Shown here: positions 37,594 through 48,310 of the stretch, piece after piece
How the letters are laid out: the number at the start of each line of letters is the position of its first letter
Numbering within the stretch: the stretch's first letter is position 1
Source of the DNA: Candidatus Wirthbacteria bacterium
GTDB taxonomy: Bacteria > Patescibacteriota > CG2-30-54-11
Assembly: GCA_903889905.1 (NCBI GenBank)
Contig: CAISZI010000005.1
Coordinates: 9,376-73,375 of the forward strand
DNA: 64,000 bases
Direction of reading: 5' to 3'
Translations under genes and position numbers: made by a program
Notes under the pieces: generated by a model
Databases searched by the model: none
Seen by the model: only the letters and a program-made list of their open reading frames with translations
What the model was told of the DNA's origin: nothing

Positions 37594-37608
37594 GGAGTTT
37601 GAAGCTTA

Positions 37609-37932
37609 ATGGCTAAAAAACAGGAATCCAAACAGCGTATCCGTATCCGTCTCAAAGCGTTTGATCATCGTGTTATTGATCAAAGTGCCATGCAGATTGT
37701 CGAGACTGCTCAACGTACCGGCGCCGTAGTAGCCGGCCCCGTGCCACTGCCTACCAAGATTGCCAAATTCATTGTACAACGGGGAACTTTTGTTGATAAA
37801 GACAGCCGTGAACAATATGAAATGCGGACCCACAAACGCCTGATCGATATCTACGATCCCACGCCTCAGACGATTGATGCTTTGATGCATTTATCGCTGC
37901 CCGCAGGGGTTGGTATTGAGATCAAAATGTAG
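37609..37932 (+). CDS. rpsJ: 30S ribosomal protein S10
   Basis: 107 aa, begins [18 protein letters not shown]. Confidence 0.95.
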   Translation: MAKKQESKQRIRIRLKAFDHRVIDQSAMQIVETAQRTGAVVAGPVPLPTKIAKFIVQRGTFVDKDSREQYEMRTHKRLIDIYDPTPQTIDALMHLSLPAGVGIEIKM

Positions 37933-38079
37933 TTGAATTAGCCCTTGCATTCGTCAGTACCGTTGTGTTATTCTGGTACAGCTTGAATTAAACCGGGTGG
38001 TTTTAAAAGCGTTATACGCCTTGCAAGAAATCCCTATTAGGGACGTGAGGATTTTTCTTTTTTTGTTTGATAAAGAGAC

Positions 38080-38709
38080 ATGAAAACAGCACTTGCAAAA
38101 AAAATTGGAATGACCTCGTTATTTAATGAAAATGGCGCCGTGGATGGTGTAACAGCCCTCCAGATTGATCATTGTGTGGTCAGCCAGATCCGCACCGTTG
38201 ACAATGACGGATACGCCACGGTTCAGCTTGGTTCCGGTCAGAAATTGCATCCCAATCGTCCTTCTACCGGGCATGCCAAAAAAGCGGGCATCGAAAATGC
38301 TCCTCTGGCTTTGCGCGAAGTTCGAATCAGCGCTGCTGATGAGTTTACGCTGGGTCAGGTGATCAATGCCGATATGTTCCAGGTTGGCGATGAAGTCGAT
38401 GTAAGAGGTGTGACCCAGGGTAAGGGGTTTGCCGGTACGATTAAGCGCCACAATTTTGGTCGCGGACCTGAAAGTCATGGTCATGATCATCACCGCGCAC
38501 CGGGTTCCATTGGTGCGTCTGCTCGTCCTGGGCATGTCACCAAAGGCAAACGCATGTCCGGTAGAATGGGTAACGACAATGTGACCATTCAGAATGTTGA
38601 AATTTTGAGAATTGATACGGAAAATAATATCATCTTTGTGCGCGGATCAGTGCCCGGCAAAAAAAATGGCCTGGTTCAGATTCGTCAAGCCATTAAGGGA
38701 AAAGCATAA
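38080..38709 (+). CDS. rplC: 50S ribosomal protein L3
   Basis: 209 aa, begins KKIGMTSLFNENG. Confidence 0.95.
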   Translation: MKTALAKKIGMTSLFNENGAVDGVTALQIDHCVVSQIRTVDNDGYATVQLGSGQKLHPNRPSTGHAKKAGIENAPLALREVRISAADEFTLGQVINADMFQVGDEVDVRGVTQGKGFAGTIKRHNFGRGPESHGHDHHRAPGSIGASARPGHVTKGKRMSGRMGNDNVTIQNVEILRIDTENNIIFVRGSVPGKKNGLVQIRQAIKGKA

Positions 38710-38710
38710 C

Positions 38711-39472
38711 ATGTTAGAAGCTGGACTATACAATATTTCTGGTGAAAAAGTTGGCATTGAAAAACTTCCGCCACATTTATTTGGTGAAGAAGTAAATCAC
38801 GAACTGCTTGCCCAGTATGTTTATGTTTACCAGTTCAATCAACGTGAATTTCATGCCAACACCAAAGTCCGTGGCGATGTTCGTGGTGGTGGCAAGAAAC
38901 CCTGGGCACAAAAACACACCGGTCGTGCGCGTCAGGGGAGCAGCCGCTCACCACAGTGGAAAGGTGGGGCAATTGTCTTTGGCCCCCGCGCAGTGGAAAG
39001 AATGCCCAAAAAGTTAACTAAGAAGATGCGACAAGCCGCCATGGTTTCGGCATTGTCATTTCGTGCCGGCAAGACTGAGATTTTTGTTTTAGATAATTGT
39101 GAAATGCCCAAGCCCAGCACCAAGCAAGTGGTTGCTGCTTTGGATCAATTTGTCAAACTTTCTTCTCTGTTTATCATCAGCCACGATGGCGGTAACTTTG
39201 TTAAATCAGTACGTAATGTTTCCGGCTGGGAAGTAAAGCCTGTTAGTGCTTTTAGTGTCTTCGAAGTTTTGAAGCACGATGGCCTTTTGCTTACCAAACA
39301 GGCTTTGGATCAGCTCGTAGCTATGTATCCGGCCCCCAAAAAGGCTCGTTCGAGCCAGCAAACTGAAGCCACTGAAGCCGTGGTAGAAAATGCCGACATA
39401 ACTGTTGATGAAGCGATAGTCAAACCTAAAACTCGCCGCCGGATCTCATCCGCTGCAGCGACCCAGGCCTAA
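38711..39472 (+). CDS. rplD: 50S ribosomal protein L4 (with ~45-aa C-terminal extension)
   Basis: The start is the ATG at 38711, after the rplC stop. The ORF-track N-terminal extension overlaps rplC and was rejected. Confidence 0.9.
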   Translation: MLEAGLYNISGEKVGIEKLPPHLFGEEVNHELLAQYVYVYQFNQREFHANTKVRGDVRGGGKKPWAQKHTGRARQGSSRSPQWKGGAIVFGPRAVERMPKKLTKKMRQAAMVSALSFRAGKTEIFVLDNCEMPKPSTKQVVAALDQFVKLSSLFIISHDGGNFVKSVRNVSGWEVKPVSAFSVFEVLKHDGLLLTKQALDQLVAMYPAPKKARSSQQTEATEAVVENADITVDEAIVKPKTRRRISSAAATQA

Positions 39473-39486
39473 GGAGTACCAGAAAC

Positions 39487-39771
39487 ATGTTACACAATTC
39501 CCAAATCATTATCAGACCTTTGATTACCGAAAAAAGTATGGGTATGACCAGTATGGGACGTTATGTGTTTGAAGTTCAGAAAACCGCGAACAAGTATCAG
39601 ATCAAAAAAGCCATGAAAGAAGTTCTCAACGTTGACACCATCAAGATCAATATCGTCAATGTATTGGGCAAGAAACGTCGCTATGGCAAAACCACAGGGA
39701 CAACATCGAATTACAAGAAAGCGATTGTCACTATCAAGTCTGGTCAAAAAATCGAATTATTTGAAAGCTAA
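39487..39771 (+). CDS. rplW: 50S ribosomal protein L23
   Basis: 94 aa with L23 conservation. Confidence 0.93.
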   Translation: MLHNSQIIIRPLITEKSMGMTSMGRYVFEVQKTANKYQIKKAMKEVLNVDTIKINIVNVLGKKRRYGKTTGTTSNYKKAIVTIKSGQKIELFES

Positions 39772-39777
39772 GGTCAA

Positions 39778-40611
39778 ATGCCAGTTATCACTTTAAAACC
39801 TGTTATCCCAACGTATCGTCATTACAAAAAAATCGATTATCGTAATGCGTTAAGTCAGGGCAATGATCCTCTCAAATCGCTGGTGGTTGGCAAGAAATCC
39901 ACCGGTGGCCGCAATAACATGGGACGTATTACCATGCGTCACCGCGGCGGTGGTCACAAACAAGCCTATCGCATTATTGATTTTCGCCGTGACAAAATCG
40001 GTATCGTCGGCATTGTTCAATCCATTGAATATGATCCAAATCGTACCTGTTTTATCAGTTTGATCAATTATGCCGATGGCGAAAAACGCTATATCCTGTC
40101 ACCCAAGGGGCTTAAGGTTGGGGACAAGGTCATCAGCGACAAGAAAGCTGATATTCAGGTTGGTAATAGTTTGCCTCTTCGTTTTGTTCCCATGGGTACT
40201 GTAATTCACAATATTGAATTGGTTCCGGGCGAAGGTGGTCAGCTGGTGCGCAGTGCTGGGGCCAGTGCTCAGCTCGTGGGTAAAGAGGGCAAGTATGCTC
40301 AGATTCGTGTGCCTTCTGGTGAGTTGCGCCGCGTTTTGGTTGATTGCTCCGCCACCATTGGTCAGGTTTCGAATGAAGATCATATTAATGTCAGTTTGGG
40401 TAAAGCCGGTCGCAAGCGTAACATGGGCCGTCGCCCTGTTGTCCGTGGCAAGGTAATGAGCCCCAAAGACCATCCCCATGGTGGTGGTGAAGGCCGCAAC
40501 TCAATTGGTATGCCATCACCCAAGACCAAATGGGGCAAAAAGGCTCGCGGTATCAAAACCCGTAATAATACTCGTACCGATCACATGATTATCCGTCGTC
40601 GCAGCAAATAA
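39778..40611 (+). CDS. rplB: 50S ribosomal protein L2
   Basis: 277 aa, ends [23 protein letters not shown]. Confidence 0.96.
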   Translation: MPVITLKPVIPTYRHYKKIDYRNALSQGNDPLKSLVVGKKSTGGRNNMGRITMRHRGGGHKQAYRIIDFRRDKIGIVGIVQSIEYDPNRTCFISLINYADGEKRYILSPKGLKVGDKVISDKKADIQVGNSLPLRFVPMGTVIHNIELVPGEGGQLVRSAGASAQLVGKEGKYAQIRVPSGELRRVLVDCSATIGQVSNEDHINVSLGKAGRKRNMGRRPVVRGKVMSPKDHPHGGGEGRNSIGMPSPKTKWGKKARGIKTRNNTRTDHMIIRRRSK

Positions 40612-40633
40612 TTATTCATCAATAAAATTCACT

Positions 40634-40969
40634 ATGTCACGTTCACTGAAAAAAGGTCCTTATATTGATCCCCGTGTCACCAAAAAAGTTGACGCGCTTA
40701 ATGCTGCCAACAAAAAAGAAGTCATCAAGACTTGGTCGCGTGCCTGCGTGATCGCACCGATTATGGTTGGCCATACGTTTGGGGTTCATAATGGCAAAAC
40801 TCATGTTGCTGTTTACATCTCCGAGAACATGGTAGGACATCGTTTGGGAGAATTCTCCCCGACACGCCGATTCCAGGGACATGGTGGCAAAAAAGCCGCT
40901 GCTGAGAAAAAAGCAGTTGCCGTAGCATCTGCAGGTCAGGAAGCCAAAATTATGCAACAGGATAAGTAG
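40634..40969 (+). CDS. rpsS: 30S ribosomal protein S19 (with ~20-aa basic C-terminal tail)
   Basis: Begins [15 protein letters not shown]. Confidence 0.95.
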   Translation: MSRSLKKGPYIDPRVTKKVDALNAANKKEVIKTWSRACVIAPIMVGHTFGVHNGKTHVAVYISENMVGHRLGEFSPTRRFQGHGGKKAAAEKKAVAVASAGQEAKIMQQDK

Positions 40970-40971
40970 AC

Positions 40972-41310
40972 ATGAAAGAAACGAAAGCAACATTAAGCAA
41001 TTTGACGATTGGTCCGCACAAGGTAAAACTTGTCGCTGATTTGATTCGCGGCATGAAAGCTCAGGAAGCTGTAAACGTGCTCAATAATACCCAAAAAGGT
41101 GCTTCCAAGCCGTTGCGTAAATTGGTTGAATCAGCCATGGCCAATGCCGTCAATGTCAACAATGAAAAAGTTGAAGATCTGCTCATCACCCGTGTGGATT
41201 TGGGTCCTTCCACAACGATGAAACGTATCTGGCCTCGTTCGCGCGGTCAAGCTGATCGTATTTCAAAACGTACATCCAATCTGACAGTTATTTTGGTTGG
41301 GAAAAATTAA
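40972..41310 (+). CDS. rplV: 50S ribosomal protein L22
   Basis: 112 aa with L22 conservation. Confidence 0.93.
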   Translation: MKETKATLSNLTIGPHKVKLVADLIRGMKAQEAVNVLNNTQKGASKPLRKLVESAMANAVNVNNEKVEDLLITRVDLGPSTTMKRIWPRSRGQADRISKRTSNLTVILVGKN

Positions 41311-41326
41311 TAAGGTTTAGAAGCGT

Positions 41327-41980
41327 ATGGGACAAAAAGTTAATCCAGTAGCATTTCGACTTGGTTTCAACAAAACGTGGAGCTCTCGTTGGTTTTCGGA
41401 GAAGTCCTACCAGCGCTATTTGCTCGAAGATATCCGATTGCGTGCATTGCTGATCAAGAAATTGAAGCTGGCTGGTGTGGATAAGGTTGAAATCGAGCGC
41501 TCAGCCAACATGGTTCATTTCATCATCACTGTTGCCCGTCCTGGAATTGTAATTGGTAAAGGCGGTACTGTGATTGAGGAACTGAACAAAGAATTGCAGC
41601 TTAAAACTGGTTCAAAGGTACGTGTAGATATCAAAGAAGTCAAAAATCCCGACTTGAGTGCTCAGGTTGTAGCAGATTCTATCGCGCGCCAGATTGAACG
41701 TCGTATCAACTATCGTCGTGCCATGAAACAATCAATCGATAAAACTATGCAGGCGGGTGGATTGGGAATCAAAATCAAAGTTGCCGGCCGTCTTAATGGT
41801 GCTGAAATTGCACGCAAGGAATGGTCCAAGCAAGGTGCAATCCCGTTGCATACACTACGTTCCGATATTGATTATGCTACGGATACAGCGGCGACGACTT
41901 ATGGTGCTATTGGTGTCAAAGTTTGGATTTACAAGGGTCAGAAAACCCGCATCGAAGATAGTCAAGAAGAAGGAAAGTAA
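41327..41980 (+). CDS. rpsC: 30S ribosomal protein S3
   Basis: 217 aa with KH and S3-C domains. Confidence 0.95.
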   Translation: MGQKVNPVAFRLGFNKTWSSRWFSEKSYQRYLLEDIRLRALLIKKLKLAGVDKVEIERSANMVHFIITVARPGIVIGKGGTVIEELNKELQLKTGSKVRVDIKEVKNPDLSAQVVADSIARQIERRINYRRAMKQSIDKTMQAGGLGIKIKVAGRLNGAEIARKEWSKQGAIPLHTLRSDIDYATDTAATTYGAIGVKVWIYKGQKTRIEDSQEEGK

Positions 41981-41982
41981 CC

Positions 41983-42387
41983 ATGTTAATGCCCAAAAGA
42001 GTCAAACATCGTAAAGAGCAACGTCGTCGTGTCCGTGGTATCAATAGCAAAGGAACCAATATCTCATTTGGTAGTTTTGGTTTGCAATCGCTTGAAAGTG
42101 CCTGGATTACAGCTCGCCAGATTGAAGCCGCACGTCGTACGATCTCACGTTATACCAAACGTGGTGGCAAAACCTGGATCCGCATTTTTCCATTCAAACC
42201 AGTGACTCGCAAACCTCCTGAAACCCGTATGGGTTCCGGTAAAGGTGCACCTGAGTTTTGGGTAGCACCGATCCGTCGTGGTACAGTTATGTTTGAGATT
42301 GATGGTGTTACGCGTGAAGTAGCAGAACGTGCCATGACACTGGCTGCAGCGAAAATGCCCGTTAAAACAAGATTTTTAGAGGCTTAA
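41983..42387 (+). CDS. rplP: 50S ribosomal protein L16
   Basis: 134 aa with L16 conservation. Confidence 0.95.
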   Translation: MLMPKRVKHRKEQRRRVRGINSKGTNISFGSFGLQSLESAWITARQIEAARRTISRYTKRGGKTWIRIFPFKPVTRKPPETRMGSGKGAPEFWVAPIRRGTVMFEIDGVTREVAERAMTLAAAKMPVKTRFLEA

Positions 42388-42388
42388 A

Positions 42389-42598
42389 ATGGCAACCAAA
42401 GTTATTACAATCAAAGACTTACGTGACAAAACTGATAAAGAACTGCAAACCACAGTTCAGGATTTAAGGGTTGGCTTAGCCAAAATCCGTTTTCAGGTAA
42501 CGATCAACAAACAGAAGGATTTTAGTCAAGTCACCAAAACGCGTAAGCAGATTGCCCGTATTGAAACCATTTTAAATGAGCGCACTCGCAGCGCCTAA
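42389..42598 (+). CDS. rpmC: 50S ribosomal protein L29
   Basis: 69 aa with L29 conservation. Confidence 0.9.
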   Translation: MATKVITIKDLRDKTDKELQTTVQDLRVGLAKIRFQVTINKQKDFSQVTKTRKQIARIETILNERTRSA

Positions 42599-42624
42599 AT
42601 TTCTGCCAACTTAAAGGTTATTTT

Positions 42625-42888
42625 ATGTCTACGCTTCAACCCAGTAAAAAAATCATCAAACAAGGTCTTGTTCTGCACAATGACCTGGAAAAAACCATTG
42701 CTGTCAAAGTAGAGAATTCCTTTTCTCATCCGAAGTATCATAAAACCGTCAGCCGTTCCAAAAAATACCTGGTACATGATGAATTTAGTAAAGCCAAAAC
42801 TGGGGACCTCGTAGAGATTGAGCAGTGTCGCCCCTATTCGAAACGCAAGCATTGGGCTTTGAAAACCATCCTAGTACGTGGCAAGTAA
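42625..42888 (+). CDS. rpsQ: 30S ribosomal protein S17
   Basis: 87 aa with S17 conservation. Confidence 0.93.
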   Translation: MSTLQPSKKIIKQGLVLHNDLEKTIAVKVENSFSHPKYHKTVSRSKKYLVHDEFSKAKTGDLVEIEQCRPYSKRKHWALKTILVRGK

Positions 42889-42919
42889 TTACATTTAGTT
42901 GTTTTAGGTAATAGATCCC

Positions 42920-43288
42920 ATGATTCAACAAGAAACAGTCCTCGTCGTTGCGGATAACTCCGGAGCCAAAAAAATTGGTTGCATCCGGGTGTTGGGTGGC
43001 AGCAAACGCACCTATGCCAGACCTGGTGATGTGATCATTGCTTCTGTCAAGCAAGCAGTGCCCCGTGCAACTGTTAAAAAGAAACAAGTTGTACGTGCCG
43101 TTGTGGTGAGAACGGTCAAAGAGTTTAAACGTGCTGATGGTTCATCGATTCGTTTTGATGACAATGCTGCAGTATTGATCCAAAAAGATGGTATGCCGGT
43201 TGGAACGCGTGTTTTTGGCCCGGTTGCCCGCGAACTCCGTGAAAAAGATTTTATGAAAATCGTGTCTTTAGCACCAGAGGTTTTGTAA
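42920..43288 (+). CDS. rplN: 50S ribosomal protein L14
   Basis: 122 aa with L14 conservation. Confidence 0.95.
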   Translation: MIQQETVLVVADNSGAKKIGCIRVLGGSKRTYARPGDVIIASVKQAVPRATVKKKQVVRAVVVRTVKEFKRADGSSIRFDDNAAVLIQKDGMPVGTRVFGPVARELREKDFMKIVSLAPEVL

Positions 43289-43608
43289 TGTCCAATCTCA
43301 AACTCAAAAAAGGCGACACTGTTCAAATTCTTGCTGGCAAAGACCGCAATAAGCGTGCCAAAATTATGCGTGTTGTCACCCAGAATGAAACCGTTGTTGT
43401 CGAAGGCTTAAACATGGTCAGCAAACATCAGAAGCCAAAGAGTGCCCAAAAGCCTGGTGAAATTCTAAAAAAAGAGATGCCACTTAAGACCAGCAAAGTT
43501 GCTTTGGTCTGTAGTTCCTGTCAAAAGGCAATCCGGGTTGGTTTCAAATTCGATGACAAAGGCAACAAATATCGTGTTTGTCCCAAATGCCAAGAGCAGC
43601 TTAATTAA
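43288..43608 (+). CDS. rplX: 50S ribosomal protein L24, Cys4 zinc-knuckle variant
   Basis: KOW region, then CSSC...CPKC in place of the usual C-terminal strand region. Confidence 0.93.
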   Translation: MSNLKLKKGDTVQILAGKDRNKRAKIMRVVTQNETVVVEGLNMVSKHQKPKSAQKPGEILKKEMPLKTSKVALVCSSCQKAIRVGFKFDDKGNKYRVCPKCQEQLN

Positions 43609-43631
43609 ATTTTTTAGGTCATACTGTCGCC

Positions 43632-44177
43632 ATGAACATTGTCTTGCAACAAAAATATAATCAAGTGATCATCCCTGCCATGCTCAAAGAAGGCAATTAC
43701 GGCAATCGTTTTGCCGTTCCGAAATTGCTCAAACTTGTCGTCAGTATTGGCATGGGTGAGGCTGTATTGAATCCCAAAATGATGGATAACGCGATTGAAG
43801 AAATTAAGAAAATCACTGGTCAAATGCCATCTGTGACCAAAGCCAAGAAATCCATAGCCTCCTTCAAGCTGCGCGAAGGGATGAAGATTGGTCTTAAGAT
43901 AACACTGCGCGGAGCGCGCATGTATGCATTTTTGGAACGCTTGATCACCGTGGCTTTGCCCCGAGTGCGTGACTTTAGAGGGGTTCCATCAGAAGCTTTT
44001 GATGGCAATGGGAATTATAATCTCGGCGTGCGTGAACAGATCGTTTTCCCTGAGATCAGTTATGAATCTATTGATCATGTCCGTGGTCTGCAGATTACTT
44101 TTGTTACCTCTGCTCGTACCAATGATGAAGCCAAGTCGTTGCTGCAGCACTTGGGACTTCCATTTTCCCATAATTAG
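43632..44177 (+). CDS. rplE: 50S ribosomal protein L5
   Basis: 181 aa with L5 conservation. Confidence 0.95.
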   Translation: MNIVLQQKYNQVIIPAMLKEGNYGNRFAVPKLLKLVVSIGMGEAVLNPKMMDNAIEEIKKITGQMPSVTKAKKSIASFKLREGMKIGLKITLRGARMYAFLERLITVALPRVRDFRGVPSEAFDGNGNYNLGVREQIVFPEISYESIDHVRGLQITFVTSARTNDEAKSLLQHLGLPFSHN

Positions 44178-44194
44178 CATTAAAGGATAGCATC

Positions 44195-44380
44195 ATGGCC
44201 AAGGCCTCGATGGTTGCAAAAGCAAACCGTAAACCGAAATTCGCTGTTAGAAAATATCATCGTTGTCAACTCTGTGGCCGTCCACGCGGGTATATTCGCA
44301 AATTTGGCCTCTGCCGTATCTGTTTTCGTGAAAAGGCCAACAAAGGCGAAATCCCAGGTATTGTTAAGTCCAGCTGGTAA
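44195..44380 (+). CDS. rpsZ: 30S ribosomal protein S14 type Z (zinc-binding)
   Basis: 61 aa with CQLC...CRIC. Confidence 0.93.
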   Translation: MAKASMVAKANRKPKFAVRKYHRCQLCGRPRGYIRKFGLCRICFREKANKGEIPGIVKSSW

Positions 44381-44404
44381 TTATCATTTAATCGCAAAAC
44401 ACTT

Positions 44405-44800
44405 ATGGCTCACACCGATCCAATCGCAGATTTTTTAAATCGCCTCAAGAACGCTTCCCAAAGACGCATTGAAGTAGTTCAGCTACCTAGTTCCAAAATC
44501 AAGCTAGAAATAGCTCGTATTTTGAAAGCAAATGGTTACATTGCTGATTACGAGTATGCTGAAAAAGATCAGAAAACGTTACTCACGGTCACATTACAGT
44601 ATTTTGATCGTCTTCCGGCGATTCGTGATTTCAAGCGCATTTCAACACCCGGACAGCGCCTTTACAGCAATGTTGAAAGTCTCCAAAAAGGTAGCCGTCG
44701 CAATCAAACTGTTATTGTTTCAACCTCCAAAGGGTTAATGACCACCAAAGATGCCAAAGCCCAAAAGTTGGGTGGCGAACTTATTTGTCAACTCTGGTAA
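44405..44800 (+). CDS. rpsH: 30S ribosomal protein S8
   Basis: 131 aa with S8 conservation. Confidence 0.95.
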   Translation: MAHTDPIADFLNRLKNASQRRIEVVQLPSSKIKLEIARILKANGYIADYEYAEKDQKTLLTVTLQYFDRLPAIRDFKRISTPGQRLYSNVESLQKGSRRNQTVIVSTSKGLMTTKDAKAQKLGGELICQLW

Positions 44801-44828
44801 TTATCTTCCTTTAAGAAAGTAAGTCATC

Positions 44829-45365
44829 ATGTCAAGAATTGGTAAAAAACCGATTGCAATCCCATCCGGAGTGACCGTCACTTCAGACAATAACATTGTT
44901 ACTGTAAAAGGTAAGCTGGGAGAGCTCAAACAGGCACTTACACCAGACATTTCGATTGTTATCGTGGACAATGTACTGACTGTTGAAACGGTTTCAACTG
45001 AGCGCTTCGCTGGCGCCATGCATGGACTTACGCGCGCGTTGCTTGCCAATATGGTTGAAGGCGTTAGCAAAGGTTTTTCCAAAACCCTGGATATGGTTGG
45101 TGTCGGTTATCGTGCGAATGTCAAAGGCAATAAATTAAACGTCAGTGCGGGTTTTTCTCATCCCGTTGAAGTGGTTGCTCCCGAAGGTGTTACTTTTGTC
45201 GTCAACAATGATACGGAAATTGTGATTTCAGGCTATAATAAGCAGGTTGTTGGTGAAGTAGCTGCCAATATTCGTAAAATTCGCAAGCCTGAGCCTTACA
45301 AAGGTAAAGGTATCAAATACCACGACGAAGTCATCCGTCGCAAGCAGGGTAAAACAGCCAAGTAA
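44829..45365 (+). CDS. rplF: 50S ribosomal protein L6
   Basis: 178 aa with L6 conservation. Confidence 0.95.
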   Translation: MSRIGKKPIAIPSGVTVTSDNNIVTVKGKLGELKQALTPDISIVIVDNVLTVETVSTERFAGAMHGLTRALLANMVEGVSKGFSKTLDMVGVGYRANVKGNKLNVSAGFSHPVEVVAPEGVTFVVNNDTEIVISGYNKQVVGEVAANIRKIRKPEPYKGKGIKYHDEVIRRKQGKTAK

Positions 45366-45396
45366 TAATTAGTTCATTTCAAAAAGAAGTTGCCAA

Positions 45397-45798
45397 ATGT
45401 ATACGAACGTCAACAAAGCATTACAAAGAGAGCGGCGCCGCGCCAAAATCCGCGCCAAAATCCGTGGCACATCAGAGGTTCCCCGGCTTGCGGTTTTTCG
45501 AAGCAACCGTTACATTTATGCGCAGCTTTTAGATGATACCAATAATCAAACGCTGGTTTCTATCTGTGACAAAGTGGTTGAAGCTGACATCCAGGCGCTT
45601 ATTCTTGGTGCAGAGGAATTGCAAGGTGAATTACAGACTCCCAAGGTTACCAGCGCCTACAAATTAGGTAAACTTCTCGCCGCAAAAGCCAAAGCAAGTA
45701 AAATCTCAAAAGTGGTTTTTGATCGTGCTGGATATAAGTATCATGGTCGTGTTAAAGCCTTAGCTGACGGCGCTCGCGCCGGTGGCTTGATATTTTAA
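45397..45798 (+). CDS. rplR: 50S ribosomal protein L18
   Basis: 133 aa with L18 conservation. Confidence 0.93.
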   Translation: MYTNVNKALQRERRRAKIRAKIRGTSEVPRLAVFRSNRYIYAQLLDDTNNQTLVSICDKVVEADIQALILGAEELQGELQTPKVTSAYKLGKLLAAKAKASKISKVVFDRAGYKYHGRVKALADGARAGGLIF

Positions 45799-45806
45799 CG
45801 AGGTTA

Positions 45807-46328
45807 ATGATGAATAAGGGTCCAATGAATTCGCCCAAATCGAGGAACGAAGGCGCCAAAGATTTCGAGGAAAAAGTAGTTGAAATCAAACGTGTATCCA
45901 AAACAGTCAAAGGTGGCCGTAAAATGAGTTTTACCGCCTTGGTTGTAATTGGTAACAAGCAGGGGAAAGTTGGCATCGCACTGGGTAAAGCAAACGAAGT
46001 CAAGGAAGCAGTCCGCAAAGGCGTCGAAAAGGCTCGCAAAACTGCGATCACGATTCAGCTCAAAGGCAACACCATCAGCAATGAAATTGATTGTAAGTTC
46101 AAAGCTGCCAAGATTTTTCTCAAGCCTGCTTCCGAAGGTACCGGACTTATTGCCGGTGGGGCAGTGCGCGTCGTTTTGGATTTGGTAGGAGTCAAGGATA
46201 TTTTGACCAAACAGCGTGGCTCAAATTGCGCCATGAACAACGCCTATGCCACATACAATGCATTGCGTAGCCTGAATGAACAAACCAAGGTGATGGAATT
46301 GCGTCGATCGGTCAGCAAACAAGTTTAA
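45807..46328 (+). CDS. rpsE: 30S ribosomal protein S5
   Basis: 173 aa with S5 conservation. Confidence 0.95.
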   Translation: MMNKGPMNSPKSRNEGAKDFEEKVVEIKRVSKTVKGGRKMSFTALVVIGNKQGKVGIALGKANEVKEAVRKGVEKARKTAITIQLKGNTISNEIDCKFKAAKIFLKPASEGTGLIAGGAVRVVLDLVGVKDILTKQRGSNCAMNNAYATYNALRSLNEQTKVMELRRSVSKQV

Positions 46329-46347
46329 ATTCTAAACAGTACATCCA

Positions 46348-46542
46348 ATGGCAGCCAAAGAAATTGGTAAAGTCAAAGTCACTTTAGTCAGAAGTATGGT
46401 GTCGCATCCTGAAGATCAACGCGTTACGCTGCGTGCATTAGGGTTGCGAAAAATCCGCCAGTCGGTCATCAAAGATAATACGCCGTCAATCGCCGGTATG
46501 ATTTTTAAAGTTAAACATTTAGTCGAGGTGGAAGAAGTTTAA
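46348..46542 (+). CDS. rpmD: 50S ribosomal protein L30
   Basis: 64 aa with L30 conservation. Confidence 0.88.
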   Translation: MAAKEIGKVKVTLVRSMVSHPEDQRVTLRALGLRKIRQSVIKDNTPSIAGMIFKVKHLVEVEEV

Positions 46543-46985
46543 TGTTAAATCAGCTTCCCAAAGCAACTCAACATAAGAAAAAACGTGTAGGTCGTGGTAC
46601 TCCAACCGGCAAAGGTAAAACGGCCGGTCGTGGTGTCAAAGGACAACATTCACGCAATGGCAAAAAGAATTATTTCGGCTTTGAAGGTGGCCAGACTCGT
46701 TTGGCCAAAAGAACGCCTCGCCTCAAAGGCATGGGACGTCGCCAGGTCAAAACCGTTTATCAGGTTGTCAACCTCAGCCAATTGTCACACATTGAAGTGA
46801 ATATTGTGGACAAGACTGTTTTGCGGGCAGCCGGTCTGATCGCCAATGCAGATCAGCTGGTTAAACTGCTCGGTAATGGCGAAATCAAAGCAGCGCTGAC
46901 GATTACCGTTGATGCTGCCAGCGTTTCCGCCATCAGCAAAATTGAGAAAAGTGGCGGGAAAGTTGTTCTATTAGCCTCGAATTAA
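46542..46985 (+). CDS. rplO: 50S ribosomal protein L15
   Basis: 147 aa with L15 conservation. Confidence 0.93.
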   Translation: MLNQLPKATQHKKKRVGRGTPTGKGKTAGRGVKGQHSRNGKKNYFGFEGGQTRLAKRTPRLKGMGRRQVKTVYQVVNLSQLSHIEVNIVDKTVLRAAGLIANADQLVKLLGNGEIKAALTITVDAASVSAISKIEKSGGKVVLLASN

Positions 46986-47015
46986 TTACCCATAATACTA
47001 TTGGGTGGAAAATAA

Positions 47016-48308
47016 ATGAATTTTCTAAACATTTTCTCGCGCGTCTGGAAAGCCAAAGATTTAAGAAAAAAGCTTTTCCTGACGCTTTTTTTGCTCGTGG
47101 TTTTTCGTATTATTGCGCATATCCCGGTGCCTGGCGTTGACAAAACCAGCTTGAAGTCATTCTTTTCGACCAACCAATTCTTTGGTCTTCTGGATATTTT
47201 TTCAGGAGGCAGTCTTTCCCGTTTTACGCTGGCCTCCATGGGTGTAAACCCCTATATCAATGCTTCTATCATCATCCAGTTACTTTCGATGATTATTCCT
47301 CAACTCGAACAGGTGTCCAAAGATGGGGAACGAGGACGCCAGAAAATCAATCAATATACCCGTTATTTAACCATTCCGTTGGCAGCAATTCAGGCTTTTG
47401 GTTTGGTCATGCTTTTTAAATCACCCAGTATTGGCATTTTCCCAAACTTGACCGCCTGGGGCATGGTGCAAATCATTGTTGCTCTCACAGGTGGTGCCAT
47501 TCTACTGATGTGGATTGGTGAGCTGATTACCGAAAGTGGGATCGGGAATGGTATATCGCTCATCATTTTTTCAGGTATTGTCACACAAATTCCAAGTGGT
47601 CTGAGCGCGGTATGGATCAACGTTTCATCTGGATCTGATTTTATCCCGCTGCTGATTTTTGCTGCAGTCAGCATTGTTTCGATTATGCTGGTTGTCATTG
47701 TCAACGAAGGCACGCGCAGAATCCCTGTCACGTATGCCAAACGCATTCGCGGCAATCGTATGTATGGTGGGGCGAATACGCATATTCCGTTGAAAGTAAA
47801 TACGGCCGGTGTTATTCCGATCATTTTTGCGCTTTCGATCATGTCTTTTCCGACATTAATTGCCAACTTTCTGACGTCTGCCAAATCAACGGTGCTGCAG
47901 AATATCGCGCATTTTTTCGTCAAAGTATTTGATCCACAAAGTGTCGTTTATTATGGCATTTACTTTGTGCTGGTGATTGGATTTACGTATTTTTATACCC
48001 TGGTAGCATTCAATCCCAATGATGTGGCAGACAACCTCAAAAAGCAGGGTGGGTTTATTCCGGGTATTCGTCCTGGCGACGCCACCGTTAGTTACCTGAC
48101 ACGGATACTCAATCGAATCACACTTGCCGGTGCATTTTTCCTGGGTCTGATTGCTGTTCTGCCGTTCTTTATTCAGCAGTTTACGAATATCAAAATGATC
48201 ATTGGCGGTACTAGTTTGCTCATTGTTGTCAGTGTTATTCTCGAAACCATGCGTCAAATGGAAGCTCAGCTCATTATGCGCGATTATGAGCAATTTATTG
48301 AAAGGTAG
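47016..48308 (+). CDS. secY: preprotein translocase subunit SecY
   Basis: 430 aa with 10 TM helices and SecY conservation. Confidence 0.96.
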   Translation: MNFLNIFSRVWKAKDLRKKLFLTLFLLVVFRIIAHIPVPGVDKTSLKSFFSTNQFFGLLDIFSGGSLSRFTLASMGVNPYINASIIIQLLSMIIPQLEQVSKDGERGRQKINQYTRYLTIPLAAIQAFGLVMLFKSPSIGIFPNLTAWGMVQIIVALTGGAILLMWIGELITESGIGNGISLIIFSGIVTQIPSGLSAVWINVSSGSDFIPLLIFAAVSIVSIMLVVIVNEGTRRIPVTYAKRIRGNRMYGGANTHIPLKVNTAGVIPIIFALSIMSFPTLIANFLTSAKSTVLQNIAHFFVKVFDPQSVVYYGIYFVLVIGFTYFYTLVAFNPNDVADNLKKQGGFIPGIRPGDATVSYLTRILNRITLAGAFFLGLIAVLPFFIQQFTNIKMIIGGTSLLIVVSVILETMRQMEAQLIMRDYEQFIER

Positions 48309-48310
48309 TA

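Noticed and set aside
38612-38710. Upstream extension of L4 (rplD) into rplC and of infA (49716..49817), plus the metK extension to 55857
   Set aside because: Internal ATGs at 38711, 49818 and 55797 give canonical N-termini and avoid overlapping the upstream genes.
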